A stretch of DNA of 63,783 bases from an uncultured virus (IMG/VR IMGVR_UViG_3300006620_000015) (taxonomy: Duplodnaviria > Heunggongvirae > Uroviricota > Caudoviricetes), in IMG/VR virus record IMGVR_UViG_3300006620_000015, one strand, 5' to 3'. The notes under the pieces are model-generated. The model ran no database searches, was not told the DNA's origin, and saw only the letters and a list, made by a program, of their open reading frames with translations. The stretch's first letter is position 1. Every line of letters starts with the position of its first letter. This document shows positions 45,720-54,200 of this stretch, one piece after another. A program made the translations under genes and the position numbers.

Positions 45720-46247
45720 TTATGTCCACACATGCATTACTAACAAATACTTAACACCAGTGATAACAGAGGTTCCTCGATGTGGATAAAGAAAACATGA
45801 TGGAAAAACTACAGTCTTACCTGACACTGGTGTAATCAAATCAGATTCAAATTCAGTCTCTCCTCCTTCATAACCATCGTTCAAATAAGTTACTGATGAT
45901 ATAACTCTTCTCCAATTAGGATTTTTCTTATCGATGGTCGTCGTATTTTGATCAGAGTGCCACTGATAATCTTGTCCTGGTTTATATCGACTCAACTTAG
46001 TATCAACACTATATCCCTTATCAAGAACCTTTAAGAATTGACGCCTCTGTAAAGCACTAATATGTTTAAGGTATGCTGTAACCATATTATCGGGATCTGG
46101 ATAATTTTCAATCTCCCACACCTCACGATTACCTCTATTTTGTTCTTTGGTGAATAGTTTGCCTTCCCAGTGATAACACATTTGTCTATAAACATCTAGG
46201 GTTTCTTCATCCCAGACATAATCATATAGGATATTACGATCGTTCAT
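45720..46247 (-). CDS. 2OG-Fe(II) oxygenase (prolyl-4-hydroxylase-like)
   Basis: RYKPGQ.YQWHSD, SSVTYLND.YEGGETEF, FPSCFLYPHRG, GVKY. Confidence 0.88.
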   Translation of the reverse strand: MNDRNILYDYVWDEETLDVYRQMCYHWEGKLFTKEQNRGNREVWEIENYPDPDNMVTAYLKHISALQRRQFLKVLDKGYSVDTKLSRYKPGQDYQWHSDQNTTTIDKKNPNWRRVISSVTYLNDGYEGGETEFESDLITPVSGKTVVFPSCFLYPHRGTSVITGVKYLLVMHVWT

Positions 46248-46458
46248 TCTGCTTCTTAATTTTTTCTATCCGACGCTTCATCATCCACATGTCGAATTTA
46301 ATTCTAGGATACATTATGGCGATGTAAAACCACCGCCTAATGTTAATCCAACTTTCTTTGAAAATTAAATTCAAGTACGGGGCAGCGTTCGGGTCCGTGT
46401 AAATTAAAAATGCAAGAAAAAGGAAGACTGCCACTCCGATTTCATAATAGTATATCAT
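46234..46458 (-). CDS. Small membrane protein
   Basis: N-terminal hydrophobic helix followed by DPN. Confidence 0.65.
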   Translation of the reverse strand: MIYYYEIGVAVFLFLAFLIYTDPNAAPYLNLIFKESWINIRRWFYIAIMYPRIKFDMWMMKRRIEKIKKQNERS

Positions 46459-46637
46459 TGCTCAGACAATACCTCCAAACAGGTGACTTCAATATCTTGA
46501 TCGGCATCATAATCAAGAAACCACTCACCAAATTCTTCTACCAGGGCGCGAGCATTCTCATTATCTCCTGCTTCAAGCGCCGCACCAATGAGACCATCAA
46601 TATCGCAGAGGATGCTCTCAAGTTGATTCATTTTCAT
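46455..46637 (-). CDS. Small acidic protein (about 60 aa; start revised)
   Basis: MKMNQLESILCDIDGLIGAALEAGDNENARALVEEFGEWF...; the ORF-track extension runs through the tRNA. Confidence 0.6.
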   Translation of the reverse strand: MKMNQLESILCDIDGLIGAALEAGDNENARALVEEFGEWFLDYDADQDIEVTCLEVLSEQ

Positions 46638-46679
46638 GATGGAAAATACAAAGGACGGGGGGGTGGAGTTAGACTCCAA

Positions 46680-46763
46680 CGGAAAGAGTGGGATTTGAAC
46701 CCACGGTGCTACTAACACGTCAGTTTTCAAGACTGATGCAATCAACCACTCTGCCACCTTTCC
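46680..46763 (-). tRNA. tRNA-Ser (anticodon UGA), long variable arm, CCA not encoded
   Basis: GGAAAGG-TG-GCAGAGTGGTTGATTGC-A-TCAGT-CTTGAAA-ACTGA-variable arm-GTGGGTTCAAATCCCAC-TCTTTCC-G. Confidence 0.95.
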
Positions 46764-46767
46764 AGTG

Positions 46768-46789
46768 AAAAGGGGAACCGTAGTCCCCC
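46768..46789 (-). terminator. Intrinsic terminator after the OMP-like gene
   Basis: Minus strand GGGGGACTACGGTTCCCC-TTTT. Confidence 0.65.
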
Positions 46790-46803
46790 TAGAGTTAATT
46801 ATA

Positions 46804-47172
46804 TCAGAACGAGTAGGTTGCACCGATCTTGGTGCCATAACCACGATCAATGGAATCAGAACCTGAACCGATGAAGGAGACTTCACCATAGACACTCAGA
46901 GCGTCCGTAGCGGCGACGGATGCACCTGCCTTACCAGAGGGAACGGTCTCAGCATCACCACCATCAGGGGAGACGTAGGAACCACCGACCTGGGCATACC
47001 AATCAATAGCGCCAGTGGTGCCAGCATACCCTACATGGGCGTCTGTCGTCGTTCCAGCGTAATTTGATCCAGTGAATCCTGAATTTGCTTCCACGTTCAC
47101 ATATGGACCAGCGAAAGCAGGTGCTGCGATCAGAGGAGCAGCGGCGGCAAGAGCGATTGCGGATTTAATCAT
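46804..47172 (-). CDS. Small outer-membrane beta-barrel protein with signal peptide (host-like)
   Basis: MIKSAIALAAAAPLIAAPAFA signal peptide (AFA site), alternating beta-strand pattern, C-terminal GATYSF; AAGGAG SD. Confidence 0.75.
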   Translation of the reverse strand: MIKSAIALAAAAPLIAAPAFAGPYVNVEANSGFTGSNYAGTTTDAHVGYAGTTGAIDWYAQVGGSYVSPDGGDAETVPSGKAGASVAATDALSVYGEVSFIGSGSDSIDRGYGTKIGATYSF

Positions 47173-47224
47173 TTGTTCTCCTTAATTGAATGAGTGTAAA
47201 TACCTTTTATGACAAAAGGTTAAG

Positions 47225-47258
47225 TATTTAGTGTAGCAGAAACCACAGAGTTTGTCAA
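47225..47258 (-). promoter_or_regulatory. Overlapping sigma70 (TTGACA-N17-TACACT, extended -10) and late-like (CTAAATA) promoters
   Basis: tgtcaa at 47253-47258, agtgta at 47230-47235, tatttag at 47225-47231. Confidence 0.7.
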
Positions 47259-48349
47259 CTCTCTTCGGTTTCTACGGCAACGGATGCATCCAGTTTATCA
47301 TACAGTTCAATGAATGAAGTCTTAGTTTCATCATCAAAGCGATTGACACAAACCTCGATGGATTTCATACGCTTGCCGAAAATAGCGTAGGCACGGATGA
47401 TGTGGACCAGGCGACGTGTTGAGATCACTTCATCAATGCCTCCGTCATTGAAGGTCTTACGAATAATATCTGCCCACTGAGCAAGTTTCTCACAGAACTC
47501 ACGATCCTCCAGACCAAGATCAAGAGAAATGCCCTCAAGAATCTTCTGCTCGATCTTAGGAGTAGGATAATCTTGCTCGAAGGTGAGAGCGAAACGCTCA
47601 AGGAATGCCTCATTAAGCACATTGGTGCCAATGAAGCGACCGTCATCAGAACCCTTGCCCTTAGTATTGGCAGTGGCGATGACATTGAACCCTGCTGCTG
47701 GTTTCACATAGCGACCAGTCTTCTTGAGGAACACACCTTTGCCCTCAAGAATAGATTGCAGGCACATAACTTTGTTGCTGGCAAGATCAATCTCATCCAG
47801 CAGCAGAATTGCACCACGCTCCAGTGCTTCAATCACAGGACCATTGTGCCAGACAGTGTTACCATCAACCAGACGGAAACCACCGATCAGATCATCCTCG
47901 TCAGTCTCAATAGTGAGGTTGACGCGAATAAGTTCGCGACCAAGATTAGCACATGCTTGCTCAACACTGAAGGTCTTGCCGTTACCAGACAGACCAGTGA
48001 TGAACACAGGGTAGAAGATCTTAGAACTGATGATCTTCTTTACGTCGGTAAAGTTACCGAATGGGACAAAAGTATCGTCCTTAGCAGGAATGAGATTCTG
48101 AACCACAGACTCAACAACAGCAGGAGCAGCAGCAGGAGCGGCGTAAGTTTGCTCCAGTTGTTCCTGAACAGAGAGATTCCACTTGCCGTAACCGACCTTG
48201 TACTGTTCAATACGTTTCATGATGGTAGGGTAGGTCACACCGAACTCAGCGGCAGCAGCGCGAACTGCATCACCACCGAACTCGTCACCGTAGTTAGTGG
48301 AGATGAACGCAGTCAGAGCGTTCATGTCAATGTTGATCTTGCGGGGCAT
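47255..48349 (-). CDS. cobS: CobS-like MoxR-type AAA+ ATPase (start revised to MPRKINID)
   Basis: Walker A GLSGNGKT, ETDEDDLIGG, Walker B LLLDEID, ATANTKGKG, LNEAFLERF, STRRL. Confidence 0.9.
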   Translation of the reverse strand: MPRKINIDMNALTAFISTNYGDEFGGDAVRAAAAEFGVTYPTIMKRIEQYKVGYGKWNLSVQEQLEQTYAAPAAAPAVVESVVQNLIPAKDDTFVPFGNFTDVKKIISSKIFYPVFITGLSGNGKTFSVEQACANLGRELIRVNLTIETDEDDLIGGFRLVDGNTVWHNGPVIEALERGAILLLDEIDLASNKVMCLQSILEGKGVFLKKTGRYVKPAAGFNVIATANTKGKGSDDGRFIGTNVLNEAFLERFALTFEQDYPTPKIEQKILEGISLDLGLEDREFCEKLAQWADIIRKTFNDGGIDEVISTRRLVHIIRAYAIFGKRMKSIEVCVNRFDDETKTSFIELYDKLDASVAVETEES

Positions 48350-48372
48350 GTGCTTTGGTTGCGAACAATGTA

Positions 48373-48431
48373 AATATACATGGTTTTGGGGGTCTGTGCT
48401 CACCCCCTGTGCCAGTTTCAGAAGTGGATTT
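48373..48431 (-). promoter_or_regulatory. Early promoter cassette with GC hairpin
   Basis: TATATT at 48373-48378; GGGGGTCTGTGCTCACCCCC at 48388-48407; TGTGCCAGTT-TCAG-AAGTGGATTT at 48408-48431. Confidence 0.75.
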
Positions 48432-48951
48432 CCAGATCTCCCTTCTTGAACATCTTGGCACCATGCTTCTGTGCCATGGCGAGCAGACGTTCGGTCTCAG
48501 TCTCATTAGACTTAGGTGCGAAGTCCATTGACTGCTGCTCAAAATACTCAGTCAGTTTAGCATTAGACTTAGTTTTCTTCTGGTTCAGTTTCTCCTGACG
48601 ATGCTTGATAATGTTAGGAAACTGCTTAGCGAAAATATCTGCATTCTCGATAAACTCATCAGGATGCTGACTGAGATACTCAGAAGCATCTTGTTCTGCA
48701 CTATGAATCTCAGATTCAGTGCTTAAAAATGTCTTTAAGTATGAACGGAAACCAAATGGTTTCTTAACCTGACTATCAGGTAACCTCACCATAGAATTAC
48801 CTGTGGTAAAGAATTGACGGTTGTCTGTGATCCACACTGCATAACAGTTATAGAGTTCACAGTAATTTTTGGATTCTACAAGTTCACGCATTTCTCTAAA
48901 TTGGGGTGCATAGTAATTATAAAGGAAGGAGTCTCGCCTGTCAAGAGACAA
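48418..48951 (-). CDS. Hypothetical protein inserted between the cobT-like and cobS-like genes
   Basis: 177-aa ORF with a TTG start overlapping the upstream stop. Confidence 0.6.
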   Translation of the reverse strand: MSLDRRDSFLYNYYAPQFREMRELVESKNYCELYNCYAVWITDNRQFFTTGNSMVRLPDSQVKKPFGFRSYLKTFLSTESEIHSAEQDASEYLSQHPDEFIENADIFAKQFPNIIKHRQEKLNQKKTKSNAKLTEYFEQQSMDFAPKSNETETERLLAMAQKHGAKMFKKGDLEIHF

Positions 48952-51115
48952 GCGAGGCGAAAGAGGAGAGAAGTTTCTTGTTAGTGGTCTTTTTCCTCAG
49001 ATTGTCACGAAATGCCTTACGAACTTGAGCGATACTGGCATCCTCAGCAACATTAAACTCAGTCTCCACGTTCATACCAGAGGCAGAGATTGCATAGAAT
49101 GCATCATAACCAGCAGGAGACATTTCCAGAGACTTGAACTTCCTCCAGTTCTTCATATCCTTCTCAGGAACATCGTTGTAAGAACGGATGTTGTTGACGT
49201 AACGATAGAAGCGACCAAAATCAGTGCCACTACAGATACGGAATCCCAGGATGTTGACATCAGGGTTACGATCCTTCAGGTTCTGGAGAAGAATAGCAGT
49301 CATGGATTGATCATACTCACCCATGTAATCAGAGAACTGTTTGTAAGTGCGACCGAGTTTACGATCACGCAGAGTAGAAACACCAGGGCAACGACGACGA
49401 CCGAGACCATCAAGACCATAAGGATACTCATAATTGTATGCAAGATCACAACCCTCACCATCAGTCAGGATGACACAATTCACCTTCTGGAGTTTGTTAT
49501 CGTTCTTGAATTGAGGAATGATGGTGTTAAGTGCCACGATGCTCTCATTCAGAGGTGTGCCAGACAGACCCAGACCCTGAGGAGGATTATAATAGCAGTG
49601 ATACTTGAAAGTATAAGCACAACGGAACAGATTCAGACACTGCTCCTCAAACTGCTTAGCATTAGTACGGGAACTGAGCACATTCAGCAGACTGAAATGC
49701 TTGTTAATGTCAAGAACACCTGCCTTTTGTACTGCCTTTTCAGGCAGACCCTCACAAGCATCATAGTCACGATCAATGAACACAGGATGCCACTCATTGG
49801 TGAAAGCATAAACCTCAAAGGGGATCTGTACTTTCTTACAGAACCACGTCAGGTTCATCAGTTGCTTAACAGTGTCCATGATAACATCACCCATAGAACC
49901 AGACCAGTCCAGCACGAAGATCATGCCGTGATTCTTACCATCAGGCAGCACGGTAACTTTCTTGAACAAATCTTCATTGTACTTGTAAGTGTGCAGCATC
50001 TTGGTATCAAGAACACCAGTGCGAGATGTTGCCTGACGAGCATAAGCATCGGCAGACTTCTTGCACTCAAACTCCTTCACAAGGTAGTTTACTTCCTTCT
50101 GAGCAGACTTCTTATATGTTTTGTATGCAGTATCTGGACCCTCAAAAATATCACCCCAGAACTCCATACGTTCTGCCTGCTTCTCATTGAAACACTTGGT
50201 GATGTAAGCAGTGAGATCCTTAGAGTCAACAATAACGTTCTCCATGATCATCTCAGGGAGTTCTACATAGGTAGTCTCGCTATGATAGTCAGAATTGTTA
50301 GCAAGTTCTTCAGCATTCTCATCAAAAGCACGCTGAGTTTTAGACTCTTCCTCATCATAAGTATCACCAGCACCATTGTAAGAAGGAGTCTCAAGATCGG
50401 CAGCATCGGCATCACGATCAGAGCGATGATCTTCCTCAGGATCACTCTCAGTGGGCCACTCCTTATTCTCACCCTCCTCACCTTGCTGCTCAGATTGTTC
50501 GCCATCGGTGCTTTGCTGTTCACCCTGTTGCTGAGGCTTAGGGGCGGGAGTTTGCTGCTTCTCCTGCTGCTTCAGGTAGTCAACAATATCTTCACAGATA
50601 GCGAGTACATCTTCAAAGGTCTCAGCATTAGCAACACGGGTAATAAACTGATCCTCAGCATCATTGGCGAAGGGAATCATGGCGAAGGAACCAACCTTGA
50701 AGTGCAGGTTGATACGATCAATGAATGACAAACGCTTAAGATCAATCTCTTGAATCTCAAAGAAGTCCTGATCATTCAGTTCTTCATAACCCTGATAGAA
50801 ACTACGAGACAGACCAGGAAACTTACGCTTCATAAGTTTCTCAATGCGAGCATCCTCAACAACGTTCACAAAGTCTTTAGGAACTTTGTTGCGAACGGAC
50901 TCACGCCAATCAACGTCAGGGGTGTATAGTGCATGACCAACCTCATGACCCACCAGCATATCGTAGACAGTCGCAGATGCCTTGTCCCAGATGGGAAGGG
51001 TCAGCACACGGCGAAGGGTGTCAAAGGATGCAGTGGGCACCTTACGGTGCTCAACGATCAGGTTCTCAGTGGCGAGGAGTTTGGCGAGGTTGCCCTTGAT
51101 TTCTTGGTTGATCAT
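48941..51115 (-). CDS. CobT-like VWA-domain protein with N-terminal HEXXH motif (start revised to MINQEIKG)
   Basis: HEVGH, NVVEDARIE, acidic linker, MIDAS DWSGSM, LSGTPLNE, ILTDGE. Confidence 0.85.
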   Translation of the reverse strand: MINQEIKGNLAKLLATENLIVEHRKVPTASFDTLRRVLTLPIWDKASATVYDMLVGHEVGHALYTPDVDWRESVRNKVPKDFVNVVEDARIEKLMKRKFPGLSRSFYQGYEELNDQDFFEIQEIDLKRLSFIDRINLHFKVGSFAMIPFANDAEDQFITRVANAETFEDVLAICEDIVDYLKQQEKQQTPAPKPQQQGEQQSTDGEQSEQQGEEGENKEWPTESDPEEDHRSDRDADAADLETPSYNGAGDTYDEEESKTQRAFDENAEELANNSDYHSETTYVELPEMIMENVIVDSKDLTAYITKCFNEKQAERMEFWGDIFEGPDTAYKTYKKSAQKEVNYLVKEFECKKSADAYARQATSRTGVLDTKMLHTYKYNEDLFKKVTVLPDGKNHGMIFVLDWSGSMGDVIMDTVKQLMNLTWFCKKVQIPFEVYAFTNEWHPVFIDRDYDACEGLPEKAVQKAGVLDINKHFSLLNVLSSRTNAKQFEEQCLNLFRCAYTFKYHCYYNPPQGLGLSGTPLNESIVALNTIIPQFKNDNKLQKVNCVILTDGEGCDLAYNYEYPYGLDGLGRRRCPGVSTLRDRKLGRTYKQFSDYMGEYDQSMTAILLQNLKDRNPDVNILGFRICSGTDFGRFYRYVNNIRSYNDVPEKDMKNWRKFKSLEMSPAGYDAFYAISASGMNVETEFNVAEDASIAQVRKAFRDNLRKKTTNKKLLSSFASLVS

Positions 51116-51138
51116 GCGTCTGTCTCTCAACTGAAATA

Positions 51139-51197
51139 AGTATAGGGGATGACCCGACGAGCGGACCACCCCCTGTGACAGTTATTGAATTGGCACA
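51139..51197 (-). promoter_or_regulatory. Early promoter cassette heading the early region
   Basis: TATACT at 51139-51144; (CCC)TGTGACAGTT-ATTG-AATTGGCACA(GGG) at 51174-51197; 29-bp gap. Confidence 0.8.
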
Positions 51198-51204
51198 GGG
51201 TGCC

Positions 51205-54200
51205 TCAGAGTTTCATAATGAATGTAAGAGCATACCATGGTGGTGCAACACCAAGAATTTGGTGCTTGTGATTTTTATTATTGATTGGAAGAGTGCCAGA
51301 TGTTCCATGATTATGACCTTGACCCTTGTCGTCATCGTTACAATCATTATCGTATCCATTATTTGATGTTGATCCTCCAGTATATCCATCTCTATCACCA
51401 CCATAGTTGTTGATTCCACCAGAAATAGGAATAGCAGCGGTGATACCATTCAAATGCTGCAAAATATCTCTTGAACCAATCGTTGCTGTGTGCCCATGAT
51501 TTCCTTCATTTGCCGCTGTAACAAATCCTTGTGGTCTCTCTTGAGCAAAAAATATTTTTTCAATAGGATTAGTTCCTCCACGATCCTCAAAGTTTGAACC
51601 ACTATCACCACCTGGAACGTGATCACCTCCATCATCATCGGTGCCACCACCCCTAACATCATGATCATGATCCCATTGTGATCCATCCATACTATGTGCG
51701 TGTTGACCAGCGCCCGTGACGGTGACAGTTTCAGTATTTTCTGTAAAAGCAAACGAAACACTCTCCAACTCTGCCGCATTGTGACCATGCCTCATGCCAT
51801 GTCTATGCTTTGGGAGTTGAGGTCTTGTTAATTCATGACTATCAATAGTAAACGAACTAGTATCAATCGCAATGCTCCATGATGTTCCATTCATATCAGT
51901 GGCATTTTCAGTATCTTTATATTTGTGTCCACCCTTCTGATTTTCACTAATAGTTCCCATGGTGCCGTTTCCATCACCACCACCAGCATTAACAAGTGTT
52001 TGTGTGGGAGGTGCAGTTACTAAATTAGCAGCTCCTGCTGCGCTTGAATAACTCTGAGCAAGAACAAATCGTCCTCTCAGATCTGGCGTGGTGATATTTA
52101 TACCCTTTCTGCTGGTGTAAGTACCACCATCACATGGAGCATAACCCCTAGGAATAACCGTAGTATGTCCAGTGGATGCAGCAGAAGTATCAGCACTGGT
52201 AGAGTACATAATTACGGAAGCAATCGGCAGAGCGTGCTTCATGACTGCTTCTTGCATTTCATTATTAAACTCATTACCTAGAGTGGTATAACTTAGTTTA
52301 TTCGGCGCACCCTCTACTGGAGTTAATTTAATTCTTTGCATCTCAACATATCCATCATAAGCCTCAATATCACCAGTTGATTCTAATTTACCTACTCTTA
52401 CTGTTGCATAATCACCAGTGCTAACAGGAAGCTCAGGTTGCCCAGCAAGGTTTTCTTTAGTAAGTCCAGTCTTAAATATATACTTGAACAAACTGGTATC
52501 AAAACCCATGAATCCAGATTCAGCTGACCCTGTGCCAGTCCTATTCGTATAATATCTAAGTTCTATACCTCTGTCTTTATTTACAGCAGAGGCGGGAGTT
52601 TCAGCACCACTACCACCACCACCAACGGAAATGACAGCATCTGTAAGATCAACAATCTCGGTATTTACATAAGTTGTAGTACCATTAACTGTTAGATTAC
52701 CAGTAACTGTAAGGTTATGATTGACAGTTGTTGTACCTGTAGTGTTACCAATGCTGATGTTAGTAGCACCAGTGAACGCATTCATGCTCGCAGAACTAAA
52801 GTTGACAGAAGAAGGAATTGTCAAGAAATTAGTTGTTTCTGCTGTAGTAGAAATTTCAAGAGTCTTAGGACCAGAATCAGCAGTGGTACTGTCGTACTGA
52901 CCATGCAACTCAATATCACTGAAAATCTTAAGTTTATCACTCTTCAGATTAGTGATAGATGTTCCACCCGACCTTCCAGCCGCTGTAGCATTAGAAGCAG
53001 CAACATTCATTGTTACTGCACTAGTGGCAAAATTAACTGTGGTTGATGTATCAGTATAGTTAAATGTGCTAGCACTTGTTTTAAGATCACCACCATTGAT
53101 CGTTACATCACCAGTAACAGTCAGATCATTGTCAAACAGAACGTTACCAGTACCAACATGAAGTGATGCAGTAGGTTCTGTCTGGTTAATACCGAACTTA
53201 CCAGTTGTGACATAAGGTTCTGGTAGGTCACTAGCAAAGTTAGGTGCCTGAACATGCGATTCTTCAATAGATGTGAGGTGACCAACACCAATTAAACCGA
53301 TTTGTCTATAATCACCAACAAGAGGTTTTGCTGCATCAGTTTCACTTGCATCACCACCAACATAGATGTATCCTTCGTGTCTAGATTTACGGTTAATTTT
53401 TGATTTATATCTAATATCACCAGGGAATTCACCTTCAATACCAGGAGTAGGTTTGGTGTTACCAATACTTAATGCGATTTGTTTATTAGCACCATTGCTA
53501 AATGATGCTGCTACGTCAGATACTTTTTGTCTGAGACAAAGGTCGTGACTAATTAACGCTCTATTACTATCATCTCGATTAGAGATTTCAGCACCTTCGC
53601 CAAATTTACTTAAGTTATTGAAGCTATTTGGAAGGTCATTTCCTGAACCACCATCAGTAGCAAGATTACCTTCAATATAAACATTCTTACCACCTGCAAC
53701 ATAAGGAACATATTCTTCATTAACAGCAACAGCAGATCCTGCAACTCTCAAGATTGGTTTGTCAAGAATCTCAACTTCACCAGTAATAGCGTTAATCTTC
53801 TGATTACCAACATACAGATCACCGTATGCGTTTAGACCAGAATAGAATACAACACCAGCGCGACGACGCTGTGACTGTGAATAAAGAACTTCTTTATCAG
53901 TAAGAACAATTTCCTGTTTGGATGGGAAACCAGTTGAATAGTTACCTGAACCAAATCCAGTATATTCAAATGTCTGGTTACCAGCACGAACCTGTGAAGT
54001 TCTTCTAAGTTCGATTGCAACACCAGGACTATTTGAATTGAATGCGATCAATCTATTTTCTTGACCAGATGTTGCCTTTCCTGTCAATGAATTGAGTGCA
54101 GGAGCATAACCAGCATCACTAATAAATTCAGTGATTGCTTCCTTAGTAATAGAAGATCTATCATCATTCTGATAAACTAAACCATGAACTAAATTGTCAG

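Noticed and set aside
46638..46895. 5' extension of ORF 46455-46895
   Set aside because: Overlaps the tRNA, the terminator and the OMP gene; the real start is near 46637.
47195..47224. Possible pho box (CTTAACCT) upstream of the OMP-like gene
   Set aside because: Only one good half-site; no convincing repeat at 11-bp spacing.
49025..50728. 567-aa plus-strand ORF (and 266 aa at 47573-48373)
   Set aside because: Antisense shadows of the codon-biased cobT-like and cobS-like genes; no motif, SD or promoter seen.
35654..51197. Dyads as integron attC sites, IS ends or CRISPR repeats
   Set aside because: No integrase or transposase in the window, and the fixed distance to -10 boxes fits a promoter element better.
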